Counted from the first letter of the stretch, positions 47,710 to 57,466 are shown. The stretch is 64,000 nt of DNA from Aulosira sp. ZfuVER01 (GCA_034530615.2 JAVRCV020000049.1:160001-224000), one strand, 5' to 3'. Numbers and translations are program-made. The notes: generated by a model not told the origin, from the letters alone.

Positions 47710-50271
47710 TTAGGTTGATGGTAGCTGAATTTTAGTAGCTAATAAACTTTGTAAGCGTTGTAGTTGTGGCCCGACTTGATAAAGTAAATCACCTTTTCCT
47801 AACAAGTAAGCTGCTGCCGTTGATGTACCGCCTAAAATAATTTTGGAATCTGCTTCACTTCTGGTGCTGAGAGCAATTCTTCCTGGTAAATTAGAGCGAA
47901 TCAGTGGAGTAACAATACCCGCTTCGGGACGTTGAGTAGCAATAATCAGATGAATGCCCGCAGCTCTTGCTTTTGCTCCCAATCTTTTAATACTTTGTTC
48001 TAATGCAGTACGAATTTCCTTTTCTGCCATAAAGTCAGCATATTCATCAAAAATGCAGACAATGCGAGGTAGAAGTTGAGCAGAACGATGATTATAAGTA
48101 CTCAAATCAGCACACCCAGCTTTCTCAAACCTTTGGTAACGAGACTCCATCTCTGCAACTAATTCATCCATCAGTTCAATAGCGCGATCGCTATCCTTGA
48201 CAATAGATGAATATGACCAAGACATTTGCTCAAACTCTGGAAACGTCACCCGTTTAGGATCGACAAGGGCGATTTTGAGGTGTTGTGGAGAATGACGATA
48301 TAGTAAGCTGAGGAGGAGCGATCGCAAAAATTCGCTCTTACCACTCCCAGTTGTACCTCCAACTAAAAAGTGACAGGTATTCGGATCGGATAAATCAGCT
48401 TCTATTAATTCTCCTTCCAAATTCACCCCAATCGCAATTTTTACAGGTGCATTTGCAGGTAAGAATAGCGGTTGAATATATGCCTCAAAGCTAGCAACCT
48501 CTCTATCTGAACGGGGTAAATCTATACTGACATACCCAGCTTGTGGAGCAATTAGAGGTGGATTTGCTAACCCTAACTGCACTTGTAAGTCATTAGACAA
48601 GCGTAAAATCGAATTTACACTTACGCCTAAATGGGGTTTCAGCTTCACCCGAATAAAAGCAGGCCCCACAGCAGCGCCTTGATAATCAACTTTAATTTTA
48701 AAAGATTGCAAGGTAGTAACTAATTTTTCACCCATGACATCGCCTAATGCTGATGTCTCCTCCTTTTTAATTGAAGGTTGCGGAGTCTCAACTTCTGTAT
48801 CCACAAAAAAAGTCTGACACTTTTTCTGCTGGGGACAAATTTCACACAGATAAGGCTGAGTTGTTCGTGGTGGTGAATTGGGATGAGGCGGTTCCCAAGT
48901 TAGCCATTCTTGCATTTGTTGCAATTTATAGGGAATCAACTGATGCACAGTATTTTCTAGCTGTTCCCAAGAATATTGATACTCTTTAAATTCTGGTAAA
49001 ACACAGTAAACTGCTGAGTCAACTGGTACTTTTTTCTTTTGCCATAACAAATAACTATACAATGAAACCTGAGCCAACTGCGCTGATGGATCAACAGGTT
49101 GATAGGTTTTAAACTCCACCACAAAAAGGCGATTTACTTCAAAATTAAAAACTAAACAATCAAATTCTCCCCTAACTAGTTGCTGTGTTCCATTAGGGAG
49201 ACTAAAGTAATGCTCAATACTGCGTTCTCCAGAGAGAAAGGTATTACTAATAACGGTTTCTGCATTGCAATAGCGCCGATTAATTACTAACAATTCTGCA
49301 AAGCGCTTAATTAATCCTTGTAATCCTTGCCAAACTTGTAAAAGTGCTTGAGCTTGACTACCATCTTTCGCAACTGCTTCCTGTAGATAGGGAAAGAATT
49401 CAAGTTGATAAAATATTTGTTGCATTTGTGAGGCAACTTCCTCTACCTTTATTTGTGCAGCCTCTGGTTTAAACAAAGTTTTAAATTGCGGTTCAATCAC
49501 AGCTAATTTCACAAATTTATCCGCTAATTTATGAAACGGATTACCGATGCCAATAGCTGTATCTGGTGGTAAAAATATTGCCTTATCGCCAAATGTATGA
49601 TTTAGGTAGAATAAGCGGGGACACTCAAAAGCAAGACGGACTTTAGTCACCGTTAAAGATGAATTATCAGATTTTTCTTTTGGCTGTTTTGAGCTATTAT
49701 TTCCCATATCAAAAATATTAATTACAGCATTGGGATATGATATTTCTAGTAACCGACGATGCACAGCCGCCAAATAAACCGTATCCATCGCCGCATATTT
49801 TAGCTGCTTGTCGCTAAGAGGACGCTTTCCCCAATCACTTCCCTGTTCTTCAATTTCTACATTCGAGAAATTGCAAAGTTCTGCTGCTAAAGTTTTCAGT
49901 TTTAAATTGGAAACTTCCAAGCGTTGACGAGTAATTTTTCTGGCTAATTGTAAAGTACAAGTAACATTCTGCGCTAGCTTACCTCCTAAATACTTTACGT
50001 CATAGCTAGCATTATGAAAAATCTTCTCAATATTGGCATTACTCATGATTTGGTTAACAAAATATGCTGCCAAATCACGTTTATTTAAGACATCGAGAAT
50101 GTAAGCACATACACCTGTTGAGTCTGTCGGATCAGCTAATACCTGAATCAGCGATAATTTTGGATAGTAAGTATTCCAGTCAGCAGTTTCTGTATCTAAC
50201 CAAAGAATTTTAGTAGATGCTAATTTAGATATTAATTCCCGGATTTCCGGAGCTTCTGTCAGGTATTGCAT
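47710..50271 (-). CDS. Fusion of DEDDy 3'-5' exonuclease, 4-Cys PD-(D/E)XK (RecB/Cas4-like) nuclease and FtsK/SpoIIIE motor ATPase
   Basis: ExoI WLDTET, ExoII FHNASYD, ExoIII YAAMD; CPR...GEFDCL...VVEFKT...QVSLY...CEICPQQKKC; HFLVGGTTGSGKS, IFDEYAD, KARAAGIHLIIATQRP, LLGKGD. Confidence 0.9.
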   Translation of the reverse strand: MQYLTEAPEIRELISKLASTKILWLDTETADWNTYYPKLSLIQVLADPTDSTGVCAYILDVLNKRDLAAYFVNQIMSNANIEKIFHNASYDVKYLGGKLAQNVTCTLQLARKITRQRLEVSNLKLKTLAAELCNFSNVEIEEQGSDWGKRPLSDKQLKYAAMDTVYLAAVHRRLLEISYPNAVINIFDMGNNSSKQPKEKSDNSSLTVTKVRLAFECPRLFYLNHTFGDKAIFLPPDTAIGIGNPFHKLADKFVKLAVIEPQFKTLFKPEAAQIKVEEVASQMQQIFYQLEFFPYLQEAVAKDGSQAQALLQVWQGLQGLIKRFAELLVINRRYCNAETVISNTFLSGERSIEHYFSLPNGTQQLVRGEFDCLVFNFEVNRLFVVEFKTYQPVDPSAQLAQVSLYSYLLWQKKKVPVDSAVYCVLPEFKEYQYSWEQLENTVHQLIPYKLQQMQEWLTWEPPHPNSPPRTTQPYLCEICPQQKKCQTFFVDTEVETPQPSIKKEETSALGDVMGEKLVTTLQSFKIKVDYQGAAVGPAFIRVKLKPHLGVSVNSILRLSNDLQVQLGLANPPLIAPQAGYVSIDLPRSDREVASFEAYIQPLFLPANAPVKIAIGVNLEGELIEADLSDPNTCHFLVGGTTGSGKSEFLRSLLLSLLYRHSPQHLKIALVDPKRVTFPEFEQMSWSYSSIVKDSDRAIELMDELVAEMESRYQRFEKAGCADLSTYNHRSAQLLPRIVCIFDEYADFMAEKEIRTALEQSIKRLGAKARAAGIHLIIATQRPEAGIVTPLIRSNLPGRIALSTRSEADSKIILGGTSTAAAYLLGKGDLLYQVGPQLQRLQSLLATKIQLPST

Positions 50272-50301
50272 TGACTAATTATTAACACTTATAGCAAGAA
50301 A

Positions 50302-52338
50302 TTATTTTTTAGGTACTAAGCAAATTAACTGAGCTTCCAGCCTAGCTTTAGGGTCAAGTAATTTAATTTGATTTTTTTGACATAATTCTTGAATAGATGC
50401 TTCTATTTGAGCTTCAATTGCAGTAGGAAAGTGACTGAGGGTATTTTGAATCAAAGTTTGTCTACTTAATAAATACTGAGTAGTGACTAAATTTAATATA
50501 AAGTCATTTATTGGTAATTTTGGTGGAGGTTTGATTGTTCCTTTAACTATGCCTAAATCTTTTAATAAAGGACAGTCTTCTAAAACTTTAGATTCACGAA
50601 TAAGAGCTTGCAAATTCTTTAGGTTGATTGTTTGACTACCAATAACTAAATCATTTTCACGAGCATCTCTAACTAAACTTTGGTAAGTCTCTAGGAAATG
50701 AACAGAGATAAGATTTGGCTTGATGTGTTTATGAGGTGATTCTGTAAAAATCTCTACAAATACTTTATGTCCTTTATTTTTAGAATCACCCAATCCTTCT
50801 GCGCGAATCAGATATAGAGTTAAAGAAGGATCTTTTTTAATAGCTTTTTTGCAAGCTTCCATGATGTAGAAGAAGTTGGTCATATTAGCATCTTCTGTCC
50901 AAACTACTCCGAAGTTTCCAGGGTTATTAGGCAATTGATAGCCTATTGAATAACTAGCATACTTAGTTCCAGTAAAGAGTGGAGTTTTAATTCCTTCTAT
51001 TTGCAACCCTGCTAAAGATTCTTTTATAATCTGAATCAAGTCTGGTGAAGATAAATGGCGAAATTTTGTAATTCGCTGTTGAACTTTAGTAAATTCTTCC
51101 TGCCATTTTAATTTAAATGATGCTAGTAATTTTAGTTTTTTATTTTTGTCCTCTACTTCATCATTTTTAGGATATGTAAAATCTGCTGGATTTTTGCCAT
51201 TTACTAACCATTCTTTATAGTATTGAAATATATCTCTACCAAGAATTATAATATTTCTGGGATCAGTCTTTCCTGAAGGAAATTCTTCTTCTAAATATTG
51301 GCGATTTAAAGGATAAAGGGCAGAATTGGGTTTAGGATTTACCTGACGATGAAGCAAATAAAGACGAGATGCTAGTAGTAGTTCTGCTTGTTGTAAATTG
51401 ATAGGTCTGAGAGGAACTTGTCGTTCTATTCTAGCTTTATCAGTCTGATCAATCTGCCTTGCTTGCTTATTCCAAATATCTGTATTAATGCTGATAATAA
51501 TTAGAAAATTGTTATCTTCATCATGTATTTTTGTGTTAACGTCAAACAAGTTTTGCAAGGCAAGTGAACCATCTGGGAGACGCGCAATATTGTTTAACTG
51601 ATCAAAGCAAAGTACAATTGGCTGGGTATCAGCTGCAATTCTACTAAAGTTCGCTAAAGTTTCTCTTGCAGCTTCTTCTGTATCAATAGACCTCTTAACT
51701 TTTAGCTCTTGCAAAGACTCTTCAGCTAAATCATCTCCACGTAACCACTCGCAAGCTACAGGATACAGTTCTAAATCCGTCAGATCATGTAAAACTCCGA
51801 AAAAGCTGTCTGCATTATAGATACCTACTTGTTTGTATATATCTTTTAGTTTGTGAATAAATCTGCGGCGATCACTTCGCAATAAATCAAATATATCATC
51901 CTTAAAAATGCGTTCTTTAACGCTGCGTTGTTTAATAGCAAATAGAACATTTTCCAGCCAAAGTAACAGTTGAGAATCTTTTTGTCCCTCTGGAACTTGT
52001 ACTAAACTATCAACTGTGTAGCGTAAAATGTGCCTCCAGATGCTATCAGTCTGAGGAAATGGAGGAATATAAACAAAAAATGCTTTATGGTTTAATTTGT
52101 TCTTAAGTCTACCCAAAAGATAGGTCTTGCCAGAACCACCATCACCGTCCAATATCAGAGTACGTGTGCGATGATCTTGAGCAACTTGGTCGAGTATTAC
52201 TTCAATTGTAGTGATCGCTTCTTGATGGATAGAATCAACTATAGGTTCTGGCTGTTGCTGTTTGTGCCAAAAGTTGACAGAGCGAAAGTTATCGAAGGGG
52301 TTGATACTCCTCAGAATAATTTCATCTATAGATACCAT
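50302..52338 (-). CDS. P-loop (AAA+-like) ATPase with extended C-terminal domains; possibly RcaG-like
   Basis: Walker A GDGGSGKT, Walker B-like IVLCFDQL; 11 bp after the upstream gene and 30 bp before the downstream gene. Confidence 0.85.
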   Translation of the reverse strand: MVSIDEIILRSINPFDNFRSVNFWHKQQQPEPIVDSIHQEAITTIEVILDQVAQDHRTRTLILDGDGGSGKTYLLGRLKNKLNHKAFFVYIPPFPQTDSIWRHILRYTVDSLVQVPEGQKDSQLLLWLENVLFAIKQRSVKERIFKDDIFDLLRSDRRRFIHKLKDIYKQVGIYNADSFFGVLHDLTDLELYPVACEWLRGDDLAEESLQELKVKRSIDTEEAARETLANFSRIAADTQPIVLCFDQLNNIARLPDGSLALQNLFDVNTKIHDEDNNFLIIISINTDIWNKQARQIDQTDKARIERQVPLRPINLQQAELLLASRLYLLHRQVNPKPNSALYPLNRQYLEEEFPSGKTDPRNIIILGRDIFQYYKEWLVNGKNPADFTYPKNDEVEDKNKKLKLLASFKLKWQEEFTKVQQRITKFRHLSSPDLIQIIKESLAGLQIEGIKTPLFTGTKYASYSIGYQLPNNPGNFGVVWTEDANMTNFFYIMEACKKAIKKDPSLTLYLIRAEGLGDSKNKGHKVFVEIFTESPHKHIKPNLISVHFLETYQSLVRDARENDLVIGSQTINLKNLQALIRESKVLEDCPLLKDLGIVKGTIKPPPKLPINDFILNLVTTQYLLSRQTLIQNTLSHFPTAIEAQIEASIQELCQKNQIKLLDPKARLEAQLICLVPKK

Positions 52339-52349
52339 AAAGTTACTCT

Positions 52350-53207
52350 TTAGTTCACGGTAAGTTTAATGAAAAACAGCGGACTTCCTGAACGCTGGTT
52401 AATTCCAGCGTTGACTTGCTCTTGAGTGTATTCTTGAGCGTGTACAAGCGCTCTCAATTCAATTTGGTCATTCTTTTGCAAACGATACAGTACTTGATCT
52501 AATTCATCCCTTGAAAGCGGTGGTTGTAACTTTTGTCGCAGATGGAAAATAGGTAAATAATTATCTGTACCCAATTCCTTATCTAATTTTTCAATAATTT
52601 GTAAAATTTCTTCATCACTGAGATTACTAATTATTTCAGAAGCTGACTCTGTAGCAATTGTTAGTGAAGTAGAAACTTGTTCTGACTTTACTCGCAAGTT
52701 CTTGCGTAAAAACCGCAGGTAATTACCCAGCAATTCCAAACTAATGACGGGGTTAGAGCCTTTGTTAGGACTGTAATCATCCCGCAAATACTCAATTCCT
52801 CTTTCAGTTAACCAAACTTCGGCTTTAGTTCTTTGAATTTTGATTTCAGCTTCAATCAACCCCCGTTCCTTCAGGGTGTTCAATATCGCATCTCGTTCAG
52901 CAGCTTTTGGCGAGGTGATTTTGCTGGGGGCGATTTTCCCAGAAGCTTTACTTATCTTGTCCAGTACTTTGAGTTCTTTGTCTGTGATCGGTACTTGGGC
53001 TGCATCAAGCTTCAGCAGAGCTTGACCCGGCGGTAAAATTTTAACTGTGGCAATCTCACGGGTATAGTCTACCAGTTCGCGATCGCCCAAATCTCGACAA
53101 ATTTTGTCTTTACCTTTAAACGAGCTAAAAGCACTTGCAGTAAGGCTAGAGCGATAATTGGGACATCCCAACAACTTGAGTAGAAACTTTAACTCGTTCG
53201 TTTCCAT
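52350..53207 (-). CDS. rcaD: Multi-winged-helix DNA-binding protein, resembling proteins annotated RcaD
   Basis: wH-like segments (LGDRELVDY, LKERGLIEA...WLTERG, SRDELDQVLYRLQKNDQIEL). The name is from recall of the family N-terminus (ELKFLLKLLG) and is not verified. Confidence 0.55.
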   Translation of the reverse strand: METNELKFLLKLLGCPNYRSSLTASAFSSFKGKDKICRDLGDRELVDYTREIATVKILPPGQALLKLDAAQVPITDKELKVLDKISKASGKIAPSKITSPKAAERDAILNTLKERGLIEAEIKIQRTKAEVWLTERGIEYLRDDYSPNKGSNPVISLELLGNYLRFLRKNLRVKSEQVSTSLTIATESASEIISNLSDEEILQIIEKLDKELGTDNYLPIFHLRQKLQPPLSRDELDQVLYRLQKNDQIELRALVHAQEYTQEQVNAGINQRSGSPLFFIKLTVN

Positions 53208-53376
53208 GCTGGTAATCTTGCCTGTATCTAATTAAGCATTAAGCACTACTCTAGCTCGAATGGCAAAAATTGACACACTTTTCCTAGCGTAGCATTAGTA
53301 TCCATGACTACGGAAAAGTAGGTGATCAGAATATACAGCGTTTCTAGCTATTAACTGACTTAACATTTCATAGCCA

Positions 53377-53453
53377 GTAGGGTACGTTATGGCAGAACGA
53401 CTAACGCACAGATGAGCAAATCAAAATGGTGCGTTACTTAGTTAACGCACCAT
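53377..53453. repeat. REP-like GTGCGTTA/TAACGCAC palindromes
   Basis: GTAGGGTACGTTA...TAACGCAC, then ATGGTGCGTTA-CTTAGT-TAACGCACCAT. Confidence 0.65.
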
Positions 53454-53479
53454 ACTTAAGAAATATAAGACTGTTGAAG

Positions 53480-54217
53480 TCAATTCGATAACATCGTTGC
53501 TAGAGCTTTTTCAACTGCTTTGGGATCTGTGAGTAACTGTGCGGCTATTTCTTTAGCTTGCTCACCTGGATAAACATCCTCTACGCCATCGATGACAGCT
53601 TGCAATGCTTCTTGAACAACAACCTCTGGAGCCACTTTTGGCGGCGGAAAGTGTTTACTCATTCCTGTGTCTACTGTTCCAGGCATGACACCTACAACTA
53701 ATGTACCCTGTGCTGCTAACTCAGCCCGAATACTTTGGGTCATCAACAACGCTGCTGCTTTAGAAGCACAGTAAGAAGCATTGAGTGGTAAATTGACTTT
53801 TGCCAGAATAGTCAGCATATTAACGATCGCACCGCCACCATTCACTTTTAATACCGGAGCAAACGCCCGACACACGTTCAAAGTGCCAAAATAATTGACT
53901 TCTATTTCTGATCTAGCAGCAGAAAGGTCAGGGGTAGAGATAAATCCTTTGAGCAGACCAATTCCCGCATTGTTGATCAGCAAATTTACATCTGGGCACT
54001 CTACAGCAGCAGCTTTGACCGATTGCTCATCGGTAATATCCAGTGCAATCGGGATGATGCGTCGCGGATCGACCGCCACTATCTCAGCGAGAGAATCAGG
54101 GTTTCTGGCTCCTGCATAGATGCGAGATGCCCCAGCTGCTCGTAACCCTTCTACGTAATTTTTCCCAATCCCACCGTTAGCGCCTGTAACCAATGCAACT
54201 GAATTTTGGATCTGCAT
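53480..54217 (-). CDS. Short-chain dehydrogenase/reductase
   Basis: TGANGGIG, NNAG, YCASK. Confidence 0.93.
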   Translation of the reverse strand: MQIQNSVALVTGANGGIGKNYVEGLRAAGASRIYAGARNPDSLAEIVAVDPRRIIPIALDITDEQSVKAAAVECPDVNLLINNAGIGLLKGFISTPDLSAARSEIEVNYFGTLNVCRAFAPVLKVNGGGAIVNMLTILAKVNLPLNASYCASKAAALLMTQSIRAELAAQGTLVVGVMPGTVDTGMSKHFPPPKVAPEVVVQEALQAVIDGVEDVYPGEQAKEIAAQLLTDPKAVEKALATMLSN

Positions 54218-54262
54218 TTTTGGCTCCTTATGTATTCATGTAGTTGTAAAACTTTCTTTTCT

Positions 54263-55450
54263 CTATTCCCCAGTGCCCGATCGCCAGACAACAATGACCG
54301 CGATCGCACTCATGATCAGCATTAATCCTCCAGCCCAACCATAGGTTGACCCTAAACCTACCTGCTGACTCAAAGGCTGACTGAGAATAGGCGAGATAAA
54401 CTGTCCGAGAAAAAGTGAAGTTGTCAAGCCACCCAATACCCGACCGCGTGCCGTTGCCGGGACAGTCGCAGTTAGGCAGACATTCATATTTGGCATCAGC
54501 AATCCAATACCCAGCCCACCAATTGCTAAACCGATAAGAATTAGTTCATAGCTGCCAACCAAGCTGATGATGCTGTAGCCAATCGCCATCAAGCCAAAGG
54601 CGATCGCATAAATGGCATTAAAGGAAAACTGCTTTTTGAGTTGGGGATAGCCAAGGGCGCTAATAGAGGTGGCGAGTGTAGTGAGGGCAATTGCTAAACC
54701 ACTTTGAGCAGCCCTAGCGTTGATCAGTTGTTGCAAATAAAAAGGTAACTGTGTAGGAATCAAATAGAAGACAATTTGAGTAATCAGAGCGATCGCGTAA
54801 ATGGTAAGCAGCAATTCCCAAGGCAACGGTTCGGAAGTTGAGGGTAGTTGGCTTTGATTTGATACAGCATCGCGATCGCGCTGTGGTTCTGGTAAAACGA
54901 AAAGTACTAACGGTAGAATCAGCCAAGCTACCAGATAAATCAAGAATGGTAGTCGCCAGTTAACATCTGCCAACACACCCCCAAGGGACAAAAACACAAC
55001 ACCACCCAACCCCATGAAAGCTGCTTGCAACCCTAAAAATTGGGCGCGCGCTGCTCCAGTGTAGTAGTCTGCTATTAAGGTTGTGGCAGTTGTCATCACT
55101 CCAGCAACGCTCAAGCCTAGCAGCACTCGTCCGAATAACATTAAATCAATGGAGTTGAGAACAAACCCAGAACTCCCGGCTAGACCATAGAGCAGCATAG
55201 CCAATACCAGCAGCAATTTCCGCCCAAAACGGTCAATAAAAGTCCCCACGAATGGCGCACCGATGGCGATAAACAGAGCCGGAATCGTCAAAATCAGCCG
55301 AGTCCAATAATCTACATTGCTGACATTGCTAAAGTAATCTCGAATCGCAGGTAGTGATGGGGCGATCGTTGCACCTGCCATAACAGTGAGGGTACTGGTA
55401 AGAAGCAATGTGACTTTAACTAGTAGAGAGTTTGGATCTTGTTGTTTCAT
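54263..55450 (-). CDS. MFS transporter (drug:H+ antiporter-like)
   Basis: About 12 hydrophobic segments, motif A GTFIDRFGRK; ATG 55450 (MKQQD) more plausible than the upstream start. Confidence 0.9.
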   Translation of the reverse strand: MKQQDPNSLLVKVTLLLTSTLTVMAGATIAPSLPAIRDYFSNVSNVDYWTRLILTIPALFIAIGAPFVGTFIDRFGRKLLLVLAMLLYGLAGSSGFVLNSIDLMLFGRVLLGLSVAGVMTTATTLIADYYTGAARAQFLGLQAAFMGLGGVVFLSLGGVLADVNWRLPFLIYLVAWLILPLVLFVLPEPQRDRDAVSNQSQLPSTSEPLPWELLLTIYAIALITQIVFYLIPTQLPFYLQQLINARAAQSGLAIALTTLATSISALGYPQLKKQFSFNAIYAIAFGLMAIGYSIISLVGSYELILIGLAIGGLGIGLLMPNMNVCLTATVPATARGRVLGGLTTSLFLGQFISPILSQPLSQQVGLGSTYGWAGGLMLIMSAIAVIVVWRSGTGE

Positions 55451-55798
55451 AAGAATGGCGCATGAAGGTGAGGGAGAAATCATTCTCCAAAAGAAGGCTA
55501 TGGATCGTGAAGCGGGGAAACGGAGACTCCTCCCATTTAATATGTCTGCGCTAAAGCTTTTATTTTGCACTTACAAGATATGGATTTACTCTATAAAATC
55601 AACCAAACTTTGTCCCTATCCCAGAGTTAAAGTTTTTGGCATATAGAAATGTCAGTATTAGGTTAACTTTAAGATTAGGCAATGACCTTAACTTATGGCT
55701 AGGTAAGATAAATTGAGATTTTAGATTTTAGGGACATAGATTTAAGCTTGATTTCCATAGCAGATGGACTCACATTAGCAATCAAAAATTAATCAATC

Positions 55799-56548
55799 AT
55801 GACAGGTAAATTAGACGGCAAAGTCGCAATTATTACCGGAGCCTCTTCTGGTATTGGTGAAGCCACAGCAGTAGCACTAGCAGCAGAGGGGGCAACAGTA
55901 GTGCTGGCTGCGCGCAGAGGCGATCGCTTAAATGCCCTCGCACAAAAAATTACTACCAGTGGTGGCAAGGCTTTACCCATCATTACAGATGTTACAGACG
56001 AAACTCAAGTACAGAATTTAGTCCAGAAAACCAAGACAGAATTCGGTCAAATAGATATCCTCGTAAATAATGCAGGTATTGCTGCTGTGGGTGCGATCGA
56101 TGGTGGAAATACCTCAGATTGGAAAGACATGATTAATCTCAACCTGTTGGGATTGCTGTATGTCACTCATGCCGTATTACCAATCTTGAAAGCTCAGGGT
56201 GCAGGGCATATCGTCAATATTTCATCCGTAGCAGGTCGGACGGCACGGGTTGGTATTGGTGTGTACAATGCAACAAAATGGGGTGTTAACGGTTTTTCAG
56301 AATCCTTGCGGCAGGAAGTTTGTAAGCATAATATCCGTGTGACTATCATTGAGCCTGGTTTAGTGAATACAGAAATTAACGACCGAATTTCCGACCCCAT
56401 TGCCAAACAAAATATGGAAGAACGTCGTCGTTCTGTGACACCTTTAGAAAGTGAAGATATTGCGGCGGCTATAGTTTATGCGGTGACACAGCCGCCACGT
56501 GTGAATGTGAATGAGATTCTCATTCGACCAACACTACAAGATTGGTAA
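55799..56548 (+). CDS. Short-chain dehydrogenase/reductase (NADP-dependent, YdfG-like group)
   Basis: TGASSGIG, LAARR, NNAG, YNATK, VNVNEILIRP. Confidence 0.93.
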   Translation: MTGKLDGKVAIITGASSGIGEATAVALAAEGATVVLAARRGDRLNALAQKITTSGGKALPIITDVTDETQVQNLVQKTKTEFGQIDILVNNAGIAAVGAIDGGNTSDWKDMINLNLLGLLYVTHAVLPILKAQGAGHIVNISSVAGRTARVGIGVYNATKWGVNGFSESLRQEVCKHNIRVTIIEPGLVNTEINDRISDPIAKQNMEERRRSVTPLESEDIAAAIVYAVTQPPRVNVNEILIRPTLQDW

Positions 56549-56668
56549 ATTTTGAAGAAATAAGGCAGGTGGCAAAAGCCAGTTGGGAAGGGAGTATTGA
56601 AAGCGGCAAATAACAAATGATTCGATTAGATTAAAATTAGATAGCTAAATAGCAGTTCGTATCTTGTA

Positions 56669-57466
56669 ATGAATCCCTACAATATCTTTAATCAGACCGA
56701 ACTTCAGCGTGTTAGTGATGGCATCACCCGACCCTTACTAGAAAATTGCGAGACTGCCTCACATATCCTTATTTTAGTTTGGCCACAACTTGGGGATTTT
56801 GATAGCCTTGAATATGCATGGTGGTTACAGCACGAAGCTGAAAAATTACCGCCTGAAAAACTCGCTATTCGTGCAGTGGGAATTGGCGATCGCACCTCTG
56901 GAACACGATTCTGTGAATATACAGGATTTCTACCCCAAAATTTATTTGTTGACCCTAATGCAGAACTTCATCAGCAACTCAAACTTTATTCAGGTCTGAA
57001 TCTTTCTGTTCCTGGAGTTTCTGTATCTGTGAAAGCTTGGCTAAATCTAATGTTAATGTGTGCAGGGTTTGGCAGCCCAGGAACTTTAAGAGAAGTTTTT
57101 CGGGGATACAGGGGCGATCGTCAAGCCCCTCAACTCATTGAAGATGATGAAATTATTCAAGCTACTCCTCTACCTGCGTTTAAAGGCTCGTTTTTTAAAT
57201 TAGCTGGCGGAGGTGGGTTTCAACGTCCCTTTGAATTAGCTACTCTCCGGCTACGGAATATGGTGGAAGTTCTGAGCAATTGGCAGACTTATGTACCTAA
57301 TTCTGCCTACTTAACTCAGCGTGGTGGAACTTTTCTGTTTGATTCCAGAGGTCAGTTACTTTACGAACATCGAGATCCGGGAATTCTCGGCTTTGCTGCT
57401 AATATGAGTCAGCCCCTATCATTTTTATCCGCGATCGAAACAGATAGCTTTACTTCAACTCGCTAA
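56669..57466 (+). CDS. Peroxiredoxin-like (AhpC/TSA-2) family protein
   Basis: WPQLGDFDSLEY, TQRGGTFLF...LYEHRD pattern. Confidence 0.75.
   Translation: MNPYNIFNQTELQRVSDGITRPLLENCETASHILILVWPQLGDFDSLEYAWWLQHEAEKLPPEKLAIRAVGIGDRTSGTRFCEYTGFLPQNLFVDPNAELHQQLKLYSGLNLSVPGVSVSVKAWLNLMLMCAGFGSPGTLREVFRGYRGDRQAPQLIEDDEIIQATPLPAFKGSFFKLAGGGGFQRPFELATLRLRNMVEVLSNWQTYVPNSAYLTQRGGTFLFDSRGQLLYEHRDPGILGFAANMSQPLSFLSAIETDSFTSTR

Noticed and set aside
47710..48750. Calling the fusion gene the housekeeping cell-division ftsK
   Set aside because: No N-terminal transmembrane domain, no gamma domain, and two nuclease domains instead.
55600..55710. Possible NarL-type inverted heptamer sites in the MFS/SDR divergent promoter
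   Set aside because: Symmetry too weak to support without a position weight matrix.
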